From an uncultured delta proteobacterium (GTDB lineage Bacteria; Desulfobacterota; Binatia; UBA9968), in the NCBI GenBank assembly GCA_963847445.1, contig CAWJZV010000046.1, forward strand, positions 422,564 to 486,563: a DNA stretch of 64,000 nt, in the 5' to 3' direction. The notes under the pieces are model-generated. The model was not told the DNA's origin. It made no database searches and saw only the letters and a program-made list of their open reading frames with translations. This document shows, piece after piece, positions 56,201-64,000 of this stretch; the stretch's first letter is position 1; each line of letters starts with the position of its first letter. Made by a program: the position numbers and the translations under genes.

Positions 56201-56557
56201 CGCACCCGCGACCGCCAAGCCAAGGTCGAGGAGTTTCAAAACGATCCCAACGCCAAATTGTTTCTGATCAGCTTGAAAGCCGGCGGCCTGGGCTTGAACC
56301 TGCACGCCGCCGAGTATGTTTATCTGCTCGACCCCTGGTGGAATCCCGCCGTCGAAGCCCAAGCCATCGACCGCGCCCACCGCATCGGCCAGACGCGCAA
56401 AGTATTCGCCTATCGCCTGATCGCCCGCGACACGGTGGAAGAAAAAGTATTGGAATTGCAAAAGTCCAAACGCGACCTGGCCGACGCCATCATCACCGCC
56501 GACAATAGCGTGATGCGCAACCTGACCCGGGATGATCTGGAACTGCTGCTGTCGTGA
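53279..56557 (+). CDS. SNF2-family helicase with N-terminal SWIM zinc finger
   Basis: CTCP..CKHIWA; LRHYQLEG, LADDMGLGKT, LDEAQAIKN, SGTPVEN, FSQF, KAGGLGLNL, DPWWNPAVEAQAIDRAHRIGQ. Confidence 0.95.
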   Translation: MRTLTLSVRNGISDRRTRGETAPITQKRGRTYFAHGAVRLLDAGDSSVSARVQGSQVYRVNLAVADGFLDYSCTCPFFTGDLNACKHIWATAMAAELRGCLKKILDSDDHRSGRSSSDQPAATAARRTRPAKAQAPSWKQQLQTLRHALTPAVSPFNDRPAPERQLFYLIDADYTLSRQKLTLEVARRERKNNGEWGKLKSQRLYSRELDALTDPADRRITAMLFGARQDLGYSYSSYYDSAPSLFAVPENLWELALPLMCQTGRCLLRSPKLDDATPLGWDDGPAWELCLTVERETDSARYRLAGSLRRGGEVLDLSQPVLLLAGGLVFYDGRIARLNDHGAFAWVAVLRAPSPLTFAVEDSEVFLDELVAIPNRPRLELPAELQFETVAGAPQPRLLLKPGKQNNWSRERLTAELSFDYDGSVVPHQHRGGGFYQKEQRRLVTRDLGAEDRARARLKQLGFRKGWEYERADLQLAPDQLSRVVRVLSAEGWHIHAQGSLYRTAGALTMQVNSSVDWFGVDGAAEFGDSRVGLPRLLRAIKQGEQTVRLDDGSLGIIPEEWMKKYGMLAGLGTFEGDGMRFKRSQAGLLDALLASEPAVSFDAVFERVRQELRDFSGVAAVAPAGEFHGELRHYQLEGLGWLHFLQRFGFGGCLADDMGLGKTIQVLALLEARRVLRRNDPENSPPPALVVVPRSLIFHWKQESARFTPKLRILDHTGVARLEPGDHFDNYDVVLTTYGTLRSDAVRFKDIRFDYCILDEAQAIKNASTLAAKAVRLLKADHRLAMSGTPVENHLGELWSLFEFLNPGMLGTAAVFGRAGKNPDDNTRQVLGKALRPFILRRTKAQVAPELPEKTEQTIYCDLEGNDKKLYDELRDYYRARLLQNGAGENSGQYKIQVLEALLRLRQAACHPGLIDKRKIAEPSAKVDTLLAQLDQVLEENHKALVFSQFTSLLAIVRSRLDKQNIPYVYLDGRTRDRQAKVEEFQNDPNAKLFLISLKAGGLGLNLHAAEYVYLLDPWWNPAVEAQAIDRAHRIGQTRKVFAYRLIARDTVEEKVLELQKSKRDLADAIITADNSVMRNLTRDDLELLLS

Positions 56558-56570
56558 TCCGGAAGGGATC

Positions 56571-56730
56571 GCTCAAATAGTTCAAGCCGTTCAAAGCGTT
56601 CAAATTGTTAAATCAAGAGCCCCGGATTCCGCTCCCGCTGCATCCGGGCTACGATCTTGTAAATTTTCCGGTTCCGAATCTTCTTCCGACAACGATTTGA
56701 ACGGCTTGAACGGTTTGAACGACTGGAACG
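56571..56730. repeat. Inverted TTGAACnnn arrays enclosing a REP-like CCCGGATTCCGC..GCATCCGGGCTAC element
   Basis: Read directly between convergent stops at 56557 and 56735. Confidence 0.78.
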
Positions 56731-56734
56731 CGCT

Positions 56735-57784
56735 TTATCCGCTGCCCTTGCGGGTGATTTCTTTCATCAGTCTATGCCAGCCGTCGAGCGCTTCTTCGTA
56801 TTGCGCCAGCGTGCCGCCTTTTTCCGGATACCAGCGTTTCCAGCCGTAATCTTTCTGGGCAACGCCGAAGAATAGGTCTTCGTAGAGTTTCTGGCCGTCC
56901 GGGCTCATCAGGAAATCGGTGAACAGCAGCGCGGCGTGGGGCCGCGGCGCCTGGGCGGAAACCGCGGCGCCGCCGGCGCTGGCGACCACCAGATCCATGG
57001 GCACCCAAGCCACCGGCGCGCCGCGCTTGGCGGCGACGTTGGTCGCGCTGTAGAACTGGCTCGGCGACGCGTAGATCTCGCCGGCGGCGACCAGTTGGGT
57101 GAGCGCGCTGCCGGCCATCATGTGGATGCGCATGTTTTGTTCCCTCAGCTTGCGCACCCAGGCTTCGCCTTTGACTTTGACCATGGCGCCGATCATGCGC
57201 GCGCCGGTGTCTTCGCCGGCGATGCCCATATTGTCTTTCAGCGCCGGGCGCATCAGGCCGTCGAAGTTTTTCGGCACATCGGCGGCGTTGACATGCCGCT
57301 TGTTGTAGGACAGGCCGACGTAGGATTCGCGCACGGTGGTCCAATAGACCAGCGTCTTGGACGCCCGCTCCTTGGCGTCTTCGGGAAACGCCGCGAGATG
57401 CGGCGAGGTGTAGGGCAGAAGCAGCTGGCTGTCGCGGAACGTCATCAATCCCGGCGGCGTGGTCTCGATGGCGTCGGCGATATAGCGGCGCGCTTTGGCT
57501 TCCGTCAGCAGCCGCTGCGCCAGCGCGCTCGAGCCGGTGCGAAACGTGTCGACGCTGACGCCGGGATATTTTTTCTCGAAGGCGGCGGCGATCTGCTTGT
57601 TCTGATCGCTCGCCAAAGTGGTGTACCAAACCAGTTTGCCCTCGCGCTTGGCGCCTTCGAATAATATCTTCTCGCGGTCGGCGCCGCTGTAGCTGCCCAG
57701 CTCGGCGGCGGTTTTGGCGGTTTGGCTCCACGCCGGGGCGCTGGCGAGCGAAATCAATAGTAAGATTACGGTGAAAAATTGCAT
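56735..57784 (-). CDS. ABC transporter extracellular solute-binding protein (Fe3+/AfuA-like family)
   Basis: Signal peptide; GAKREGKLVWYTT, APRPHAALLFTDFLMSPDGQ. Confidence 0.87.
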   Translation of the reverse strand: MQFFTVILLLISLASAPAWSQTAKTAAELGSYSGADREKILFEGAKREGKLVWYTTLASDQNKQIAAAFEKKYPGVSVDTFRTGSSALAQRLLTEAKARRYIADAIETTPPGLMTFRDSQLLLPYTSPHLAAFPEDAKERASKTLVYWTTVRESYVGLSYNKRHVNAADVPKNFDGLMRPALKDNMGIAGEDTGARMIGAMVKVKGEAWVRKLREQNMRIHMMAGSALTQLVAAGEIYASPSQFYSATNVAAKRGAPVAWVPMDLVVASAGGAAVSAQAPRPHAALLFTDFLMSPDGQKLYEDLFFGVAQKDYGWKRWYPEKGGTLAQYEEALDGWHRLMKEITRKGSG

Positions 57785-58036
57785 TGGTCATTACCAATCC
57801 TTCTTAGTTCGGTGCGTTCGCAGGTTGCTGAAACTCTCTCGGAGTCCTTCGACACGGCTCAGGAGCGAGACAAGGAGGGTGTCTGATTGTCCGATGATTT
57901 TCCGTTCTGCCGGCTATGCCGAGCATGAGCCACTCGAAGCATCCTAAGCCGTTTTCCACAAGGTGTGACGCCGTTAGTTGCCGCGCGCTAGTGGAATTCT
58001 GTAAACGACGCAACTATTTTGCGTGGTTAGAAATGG

Positions 58037-58066
58037 TTGACAGTTACGCCATAGTCTCGGTAAGCT
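58037..58066 (+). promoter_or_regulatory. Putative sigma70 promoter
   Basis: TTGACA-18 bp-TAAGCT upstream of AAGGAGG RBS and ATG at 58103. Confidence 0.4.
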
Positions 58067-58102
58067 CAGAAAAATTGCCGGCAACCCAAGGAGGGTACTT
58101 TC

Positions 58103-59819
58103 ATGGCTTACGATATTTTGATCAAAGGCGGGCGGATTTATGACGGCAGCGGGCTGCCGTCTTATCTGGGCGACGTGGCGGTGCAGGATGGCAAGATCGT
58201 CGAGACTGGGGCGGATCAACGGCAGCGCTAAGCGAGTGGTGAACGCCGACGGGCTGGCGGTGTCGCCGGGTTTCATCGACTTTCATACGCATCTCGATGC
58301 CCAGCTGTTGTGGGACCCGCTGGCGACTTCGTCTTGCTATCACGGCGTGACCACGGTCATCCCCGGTAACTGCGGCTTGTCGTTGGCGCCGTGTAAAGAA
58401 CCGGATCGCGACACGATCTTGAGAAGCTTCGAGCGCGTCGAAGCGATCACGCTGCCGGCTTTGAAAGCCGGAGTGAAGTGGGGCTTTACCACCTTCGGGC
58501 AGTATCTCGACGCCATGCGCGGCAATCTCGGCGTCAATGTCGCTTCGCTGGTGGGCCACTGTGCGCTGCGCCAATTCGTCATGGGCGAAGCGTCCCTCGA
58601 ACGGGCCGCCACGCCGGCGGAAATCCATCAGATGAAAGAAGTGCTCAAAGCCAGCGTGCGCGCCGGCGCCGCCGGTTTCTCGACCAATCAGAACCCCGTG
58701 CATATGTACGCCGACGGCACGCCGATCCAGAGCCGCTTCGCCACCGACGAAGAGATTATCGAACTGGCCTGCGCCCTCGGCGAGATCAATCAGGGCGCCG
58801 TGCAGATTTCCCGCGGTTCCCTCGGCGTCTCGGTGCCGATGCGCGAGAGCGTGAAGTTGTTCGAGGAAATTTCCAGCCGCTCCGGCCGGCCGGTGATCTG
58901 GCAGAGCATCACCCACCGCTGGGACAAGCCCAATGAATGGCGCGAGCTGTTGGACCTGGCCGGCGAGACCATCGACCGCGGCGTGCAGTCCTATCCGCTG
59001 TGCAACGCGCGCTTGTTCAACAACCGGCTGACCATGAAGACCGCGCAAGTGTTCGACGATCTGCCGACCTGGAAGACGATTCTGTTCCTGCCGTTGGAAG
59101 AGCGCATCAAGGCGATCAAGGATCCCGAGACGCGCAAGAAGATGCGCTTCGAAGCGGTCGAAGAGACCAAGTCGTCGCGCTTCTCGCGGCGCTGGGATCT
59201 GGTTTACTTGATCAACGCCGTCAAACCGGAAAACAAGCACCTGGAAAAAAAGAGCGTCGTCGAGATCGCCAAGATTCGCAATCAAGACATCATCGACGCT
59301 TTCCTCGATTTGTCTTTGGAAGAAGGCTTGGACACCGAGTTCCAAACATCGAGCACCAACGGCGACGAGAAGGCGGTGGCGGAGATCATCAAGAGCCCCT
59401 ACGTGCTGGTCGGCCAGTCCGACGCCGGCGCGCATTTGATTTACGACGCCGGCTTCGGCTACGCGACGCGGCTGTTGGGCTACTGGGTGCGCGAGAAACA
59501 GATCATGACGGTGGAAGAAGCCGTGCGCAAACTGACCTTCATGGTCGCATCGATCTTCGGCCTGCCGGATCGCGGCTTACTGCGCCGCGGCATGGCGGCG
59601 GATCTGTGTCTGTTCGATCCGGCGACCGTCCGGGAGTGCGACGCCGAGATGGTGCAGGATCTGCCGGGCAACGAGAAGCGTTATATTCAAAAAGCGGTCG
59701 GCATCGAGATGACCGTCGTCAACGGCCAGGTGCTGGTGGAAAAGGAAAATCACACCGGCGCGTTGCCGGGAACCGTGCTCGGCGGCGGCAACGGCGCGGC
59801 GCTGCAGGCGGCGGCGTAG
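58103..59819 (+). CDS. N-acyl-D-amino-acid deacylase-like amidohydrolase (frameshift near 58210)
   Basis: MAYDILIKGGRIYDGSG, PGFIDFHTHLDAQ, HGVTTV.PGNCG, SDAGAH, DRGLLRRGMAAD. Confidence 0.9.
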
Positions 59820-60056
59820 GGAGAAGAATTAGCCGCAAAGTTGTCCGAGCGAATGCGAAGGAACTGGAGCCACGCAAAGGCGCAAAAAAAAACTCGGAAT
59901 ATCTCTCGCAAAGGCGCTAAGGCGCAAAGTTCGGACCTCCACATTCCTTCCTCCCCCGCGACGCGGGGGAGGACTGAGGAGGGGGCTTGAATGACTGGCT
60001 AGCTCCGCGAAGCGGTTGAACGGCTTGAACGATTGGAACGGAAGTTAGAGGAGATA

Positions 60057-61453
60057 ATGGGCGCCACTGAGAAAATTGCCCGGTTCATAGTCGACACCGA
60101 CTACGCGGACATACCGCGCGACGTCGTTGAGAAGGCCAAGCGCTCGGCGCTGGACTGCGTCGGAGCCGCGCTGGCCGGCGTTGCCGAGCCGGTCAGCCAA
60201 ACCATCACAGGTTACGTAACCAAGCTCGGCGGGCCGCCTCAGGCATCGGTGTTCGGCGCCGGCGTCAAAGTTTCGGTTCCAGACGCGGCCCTGGCCAATG
60301 GCTCCATTGCCCATGCCCTCGACTACGACGACTGCGGTGTGAAGATCGGCCATCCCAGTGTCTTGGTTCTGCCCGCCGTGCTGAGCCTCGGCGAGCATCT
60401 GGGCGCGTCGGGCCAGGATCTCCTCACTGCCTACATCGTGGGACTGGAAGTCGAGGGCAAGCTGGCGCTGCATGCGGACTTCAAGCTCATGCAGGCGCGT
60501 CTGAACCACCAGACCTGGTACGGTTCCATCGGCGCGGCGGCCGCCTGCGCCAAGCTGCTCAAGTTGGATGTCGCGAAAACTCGAATGGCATTGGGCATCG
60601 CGGGAAACTCCGCCTGCGGCCTGTCGGCCAATCACGGCAGCATGGCCGGCGCGATGGCGGCGGGCAACGCCTGCCGCAACGGCGTGATCGCCGCGCTCAT
60701 GGCGCCAAGCGGGGATCACGGCCAATCCCAACATCATCGAAGGCGAAGAACGGTTTCTACGACACGCTGGTGGGCCCAGGCCACTACGACGCCGAGCGCA
60801 TGGCGGACGGTCTGGGCAAGCCCTTTTACATCGAGTCTCCCGGCATCAGTCTAAAAATGTATCCGAGCTGCTACCACACGCACCGGGCGCTCGATGGCGT
60901 TTTCCAGTTGTTGGACGAACACCACCTTAACGATAAAGATATCGCCGCCGTCGACGTCGGCACCTCGGAGCGCGCATTGCGCGTGTTGGCATTCTCCGAA
61001 CCGGCCACGCCGTACCAAGCCAAGTTCAGCATGCCGCACTGCATCGCCGCCGCGGTGGTGGATCATCAGGTGACGCTCGAGACTTTTACAGATCACAAGC
61101 TTAACGATCACAATATCGTCGAGGCCCGCAAGAAGGTTCAGCTTTCCTTCCCCAACGTGCCCATCTGGCCCGGCCTCGCGGACGTCGGCCCGGACATCGA
61201 GTTCGTCGGCAATCCGGTGACGATCAAGACCACCGATGGGCGGAGCTTGAGTGCGCGAGTGGATATACCGCGGGGCGATGCCTCGCTGCCGCTGACCGAC
61301 GACGAGCTGCTAGGGAAATACCGTGACTGTGCACGCGCTCAGTTAAGCCAGGACAACATAGAGCGCAGCGTTGGCTTGGTTCGCGAGTTAGAGAAGGTGG
61401 GGGATGTCGGGACGCTGATGGCTATTCTCAGATCGCCTTTGCACAAGGCTTAA
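60057..61453 (+). CDS. MmgE/PrpD family protein (frameshifts near 60705-60745)
   Basis: LDCVGAALAG, AHALDYDD, GHPS, KMYPSCYHTH, AKFSMPH. Confidence 0.9.
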
Positions 61454-61515
61454 AATCTCAGGCGATAATTAAGTTTGAAATCATATAAAGATTTGCCCAG
61501 AACCCCGCTAGAAGC

Positions 61516-62484
61516 ATGACACGCAACTTATGGAGTTTGCTTCTGGCGGTCCTGCTCGGCGCGAGTTCTCGACCCTGCGGCGCGGCGGACAAGGCCAATT
61601 TCGCTTACAGCGCGCTCAGCGGTCTGCAAGCGCCGCTGTGGGTCGCTAAAGAAGCCGGATTTTTCAAGAAGCACGATATCGACGCGCAGGTTCTGTTCAT
61701 CGTCGGCGGCCGGGTGATCAGCCAGGCGATGTTTGCCGGCGAGCTGCAGATGGGACTGTCGAGCATGGCTGCGCTGCTGCAGGCAAACGCCGTCGGCGGC
61801 GACCTGACCTACGTCGCTTACTTCGGCAGCAAGACCGACTACGCGCTGTTCTCGACCAAAGACATCACCGACGTCAAACAGCTGCGCGGCAAGCGGCTCG
61901 GCATCGGCCAATTTGGCGGCGGGCCGGATTTCGCCTCGCGCATCGTTCTGGAAAAACACGGCCTCATCCCCGACAAGGACGTGCGCATCGTCCAGATGCT
62001 GGTTCCCGACTCGGGACGGTTGGCCGCGCTCCAGGCCGGAGTCATCGAGTCGATCCTGCTGCAAGCGCCGACCAGCCTCAGAGCCATGTCCTTGGGATTC
62101 AGGCAGCTGCTGGATTACTCCAACGAGCTGCTGTTCCCGCTGGCGAGTTTGACGACGACACGGGCTTATATTCGCCAGAGCCCCGCCGTCGTCAAGCGCA
62201 TCGTCAAAGCCCACCTCGATGCCGTAAGATTCATGTTTGCCAACGAAGACGCGACGCTGAAAATCTTGGCAAGATATACCAAGATCGACGACACGGCATT
62301 TCTGCGCGAGTACCATAGGAAAATTATCCTGCCGAGGTTGAGCCAAACCCTCGTCCCCGACCGGGCGGCGATCGAGTTTATTCTCGATGTCGAACGAAAA
62401 AGAAATCCCGCCGTCGGCAAGCTCAAAGCCGAGAGTTTTTTCGATTCCACGTTCATCGACGAGCTGCGCAAGGAGGGGTACTGA
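61516..62484 (+). CDS. ABC substrate-binding protein, NitT/TauT family
   Basis: PLWVAKEAGFFKKH, LRGKRLGI, RLAALQAG, FFDSTFIDEL. Confidence 0.87.
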   Translation: MTRNLWSLLLAVLLGASSRPCGAADKANFAYSALSGLQAPLWVAKEAGFFKKHDIDAQVLFIVGGRVISQAMFAGELQMGLSSMAALLQANAVGGDLTYVAYFGSKTDYALFSTKDITDVKQLRGKRLGIGQFGGGPDFASRIVLEKHGLIPDKDVRIVQMLVPDSGRLAALQAGVIESILLQAPTSLRAMSLGFRQLLDYSNELLFPLASLTTTRAYIRQSPAVVKRIVKAHLDAVRFMFANEDATLKILARYTKIDDTAFLREYHRKIILPRLSQTLVPDRAAIEFILDVERKRNPAVGKLKAESFFDSTFIDELRKEGY

Positions 62485-62528
62485 CCGGCCGTTACGGAAT
62501 TAAATGGGGGCGTCGCACGCCGCATGGC

Positions 62529-62660
62529 AAGCTTTCCGGCTTCGACGCATCGCCGTTGCTGCCGGAAGAGCAGGACAAAGCGATCCGCGAACTGCCGCGC
62601 GACCGCGACGTGGTCGAGCTTTTTAAAAAGCTGTCCGGCGCCGATCCGTTGCCGCCTCTA
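62529..62660 (+). pseudogene. Probable C-terminal remnant of a TctC-like gene
   Basis: KLSGFDASPLLPEEQDKAIRELPRDRDVVELFKKLSGADPLPP with coding-like codon use and no start; family assignment is from recall. Confidence 0.4.
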
Positions 62661-62703
62661 GCCGTCTATTGCGATAGCTGAGACCAATAATTAATTTAGG
62701 AGA

Positions 62704-62922
62704 ATGCTCATGCGAAGATTTCTTGCCGCCTGTCTGTTTCTGCTGCTCATGGGCTGCGGCGATAAAGCGAAGGATCTATACGATACCGCGCAGTTGGAAG
62801 AGAAGCAGAACAATAGGCCGCACGCGACGAAACTTTATCGGCAGATCGTGGAAGAATATCCCGACTCGCCTTACGCGAATCAGGCGAAATCTCGTCTGGC
62901 CGAGTTGGAGAAAGCGCGTTAG
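62704..62922 (+). CDS. Small TPR-like lipoprotein
   Basis: Lipobox LMGC; LYRQIVEEYPDSPYANQAKSRL; AGGAG RBS. Confidence 0.8.
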   Translation: MLMRRFLAACLFLLLMGCGDKAKDLYDTAQLEEKQNNRPHATKLYRQIVEEYPDSPYANQAKSRLAELEKAR

Positions 62923-63046
62923 ACAGGATAAGTAGCGGTTGTCTGTGCTCCGTTAAGATGCGCATACGGTGCGATACTAGACCTATGAAGTTTCTCATGA
63001 CGCGAGTTCGTCTCCGGTCGGTCAGCCACCGCGTTCGAGTCAGATC

Positions 63047-64000
63047 ATGAACGGTGTCCTGCAACAGGTTGAATGGGAGTCGCCCCTGGTCGAGCCCGTT
63101 CCAGACCCGGCGCTACAGTCCTACGCGCGGCGAAGGCAAGGGATTCCCCACCCGATGATCGCCTACTTCACACCAGTCCCCTGGATGGCGCGAGCCGTGA
63201 TCGATATGCATCCCGAGTACGGGCTGCTCATGCACCTGGATCAGGACGTAGCGGATCTTGTCGTGCTGGTGGTCAGCCAGGAGAACTCATGCCGTTTCTG
63301 CTACGCCGCGGTCCGGGGACTGCTGTGGGCTCAGGGCATGTCCTGGGAGCGTATCCAACGCATGGAACAGGACCTGACCCGGGCCGATCTGCCGCCGCGG
63401 ACCATGGCGGCTGTCGCCTTCGGGCGCAGCCAGTCGCGCTCGGGTCCCGCCGGAGCGCGGGCTGCCCGTGAGACTCTGCGTCGTTCGGGCTTGGGGCTCG
63501 AAGAGATGAAAGAAATCGCGTTCACGGCGGCATTGACGGATTTCCACAACCGCACCCATACGATCCCCGCGATCCCTGCGTATCCGATCGAGAGCATGCC
63601 CGATCACCTTTTCGTACGGTTGCTCCGGCCCTTGCTCGGCCTGATCGTTAAAAGATATCGTTATCGCGGCCAGCCCACCGTGCTCGACCCGGTGCCGCCT
63701 TATGCCTACGGCCGGCTGGTGGAAACCTACGCGGGTACTCCGATCGGCGCGATATTGGCGCGAACCCTCGCTGAGATGTGGGCATCTCCCCATCTCACGC
63801 GACGCTGCAAACTTCTGATGATCGCCGTCATCGCGCGCGGGCTCGGCTGCGAGGCCTGCGCGCCGGAGGTGAGTGAAACTCTCCAGAGAGAAGGATTGAA
63901 GGAATCGACGATCGCCCAGGTCCTGACTCATCTCGACGCGCCCGAGCTCGACGACATCGAGCGGCTGCTCGTGCCGTTCGCTCGTGAAACGATTTGGTTC
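63047..64000 (+). CDS. AhpD/carboxymuconolactone decarboxylase-like protein with two CxxC motifs, 3'-truncated by window edge
   Basis: Open frame from ATG 63047 (MNGVLQQVEWE...) with VSQENSCRFC and IARGLGCEAC; absent from the ORF track because no stop is in the window. Confidence 0.8.
   Translation, partial: MNGVLQQVEWESPLVEPVPDPALQSYARRRQGIPHPMIAYFTPVPWMARAVIDMHPEYGLLMHLDQDVADLVVLVVSQENSCRFCYAAVRGLLWAQGMSWERIQRMEQDLTRADLPPRTMAAVAFGRSQSRSGPAGARAARETLRRSGLGLEEMKEIAFTAALTDFHNRTHTIPAIPAYPIESMPDHLFVRLLRPLLGLIVKRYRYRGQPTVLDPVPPYAYGRLVETYAGTPIGAILARTLAEMWASPHLTRRCKLLMIAVIARGLGCEACAPEVSETLQREGLKESTIAQVLTHLDAPELDDIERLLVPFARETIWF

Noticed and set aside
53279-56557. SNF2 helicase as part of a defence system (DISARM/Zorya-like)
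   Set aside because: Ordinary SWIM-SNF2 architecture, backbone-like composition, and no methylase or nuclease partners adjacent.
55280-59435. Long antisense ORFs (e.g. 55280-56461, 58122-59435; also 280-1158, 22822-23895, 47819-48868)
   Set aside because: Shadows of high-GC coding genes on the opposite strand, with no recognisable motifs.

Overview
This is a GC-rich bacterial chromosome segment. The gene content (many orphan solute-binding proteins, amidohydrolases, Rieske/UbiD/hydantoinase enzymes, repeat-filled intergenic spaces) resembles Candidatus Binatia or related deltaproteobacteria, which is an inference. About twenty genes, including housekeeping ones (nrdJ, mlaCEF, lhgO), are split by single-base indels, most likely long-read errors, so they are annotated as joined CDSs. 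The backbone carries mlaEFDC, a DciA-like gene, nrdJ with tandem NrdR boxes, an SNF2 helicase and catabolic clusters. Two accessory regions stand out. (1) At 4.6-9.6 kb, a three-gene minus-strand unit encodes a GT2 glycosyltransferase apparently fused to a degenerate RepB'-type primase domain, an FkbH-carrier protein, and a GT4, the last two carrying NRPS-style docking tails, with no NRPS/PKS nearby. (2) At 25.4-33.2 kb, a defence-like island alternates cargo (TIR protein, three type II TA pairs, MBL-fold hydrolase) with four copies of an IS91/ISCR-derived end sequence, three of which finish in an oriIS-like motif, giving an integron-like cassette array with no integrase. No rRNA, tRNA or CRISPR array was seen.
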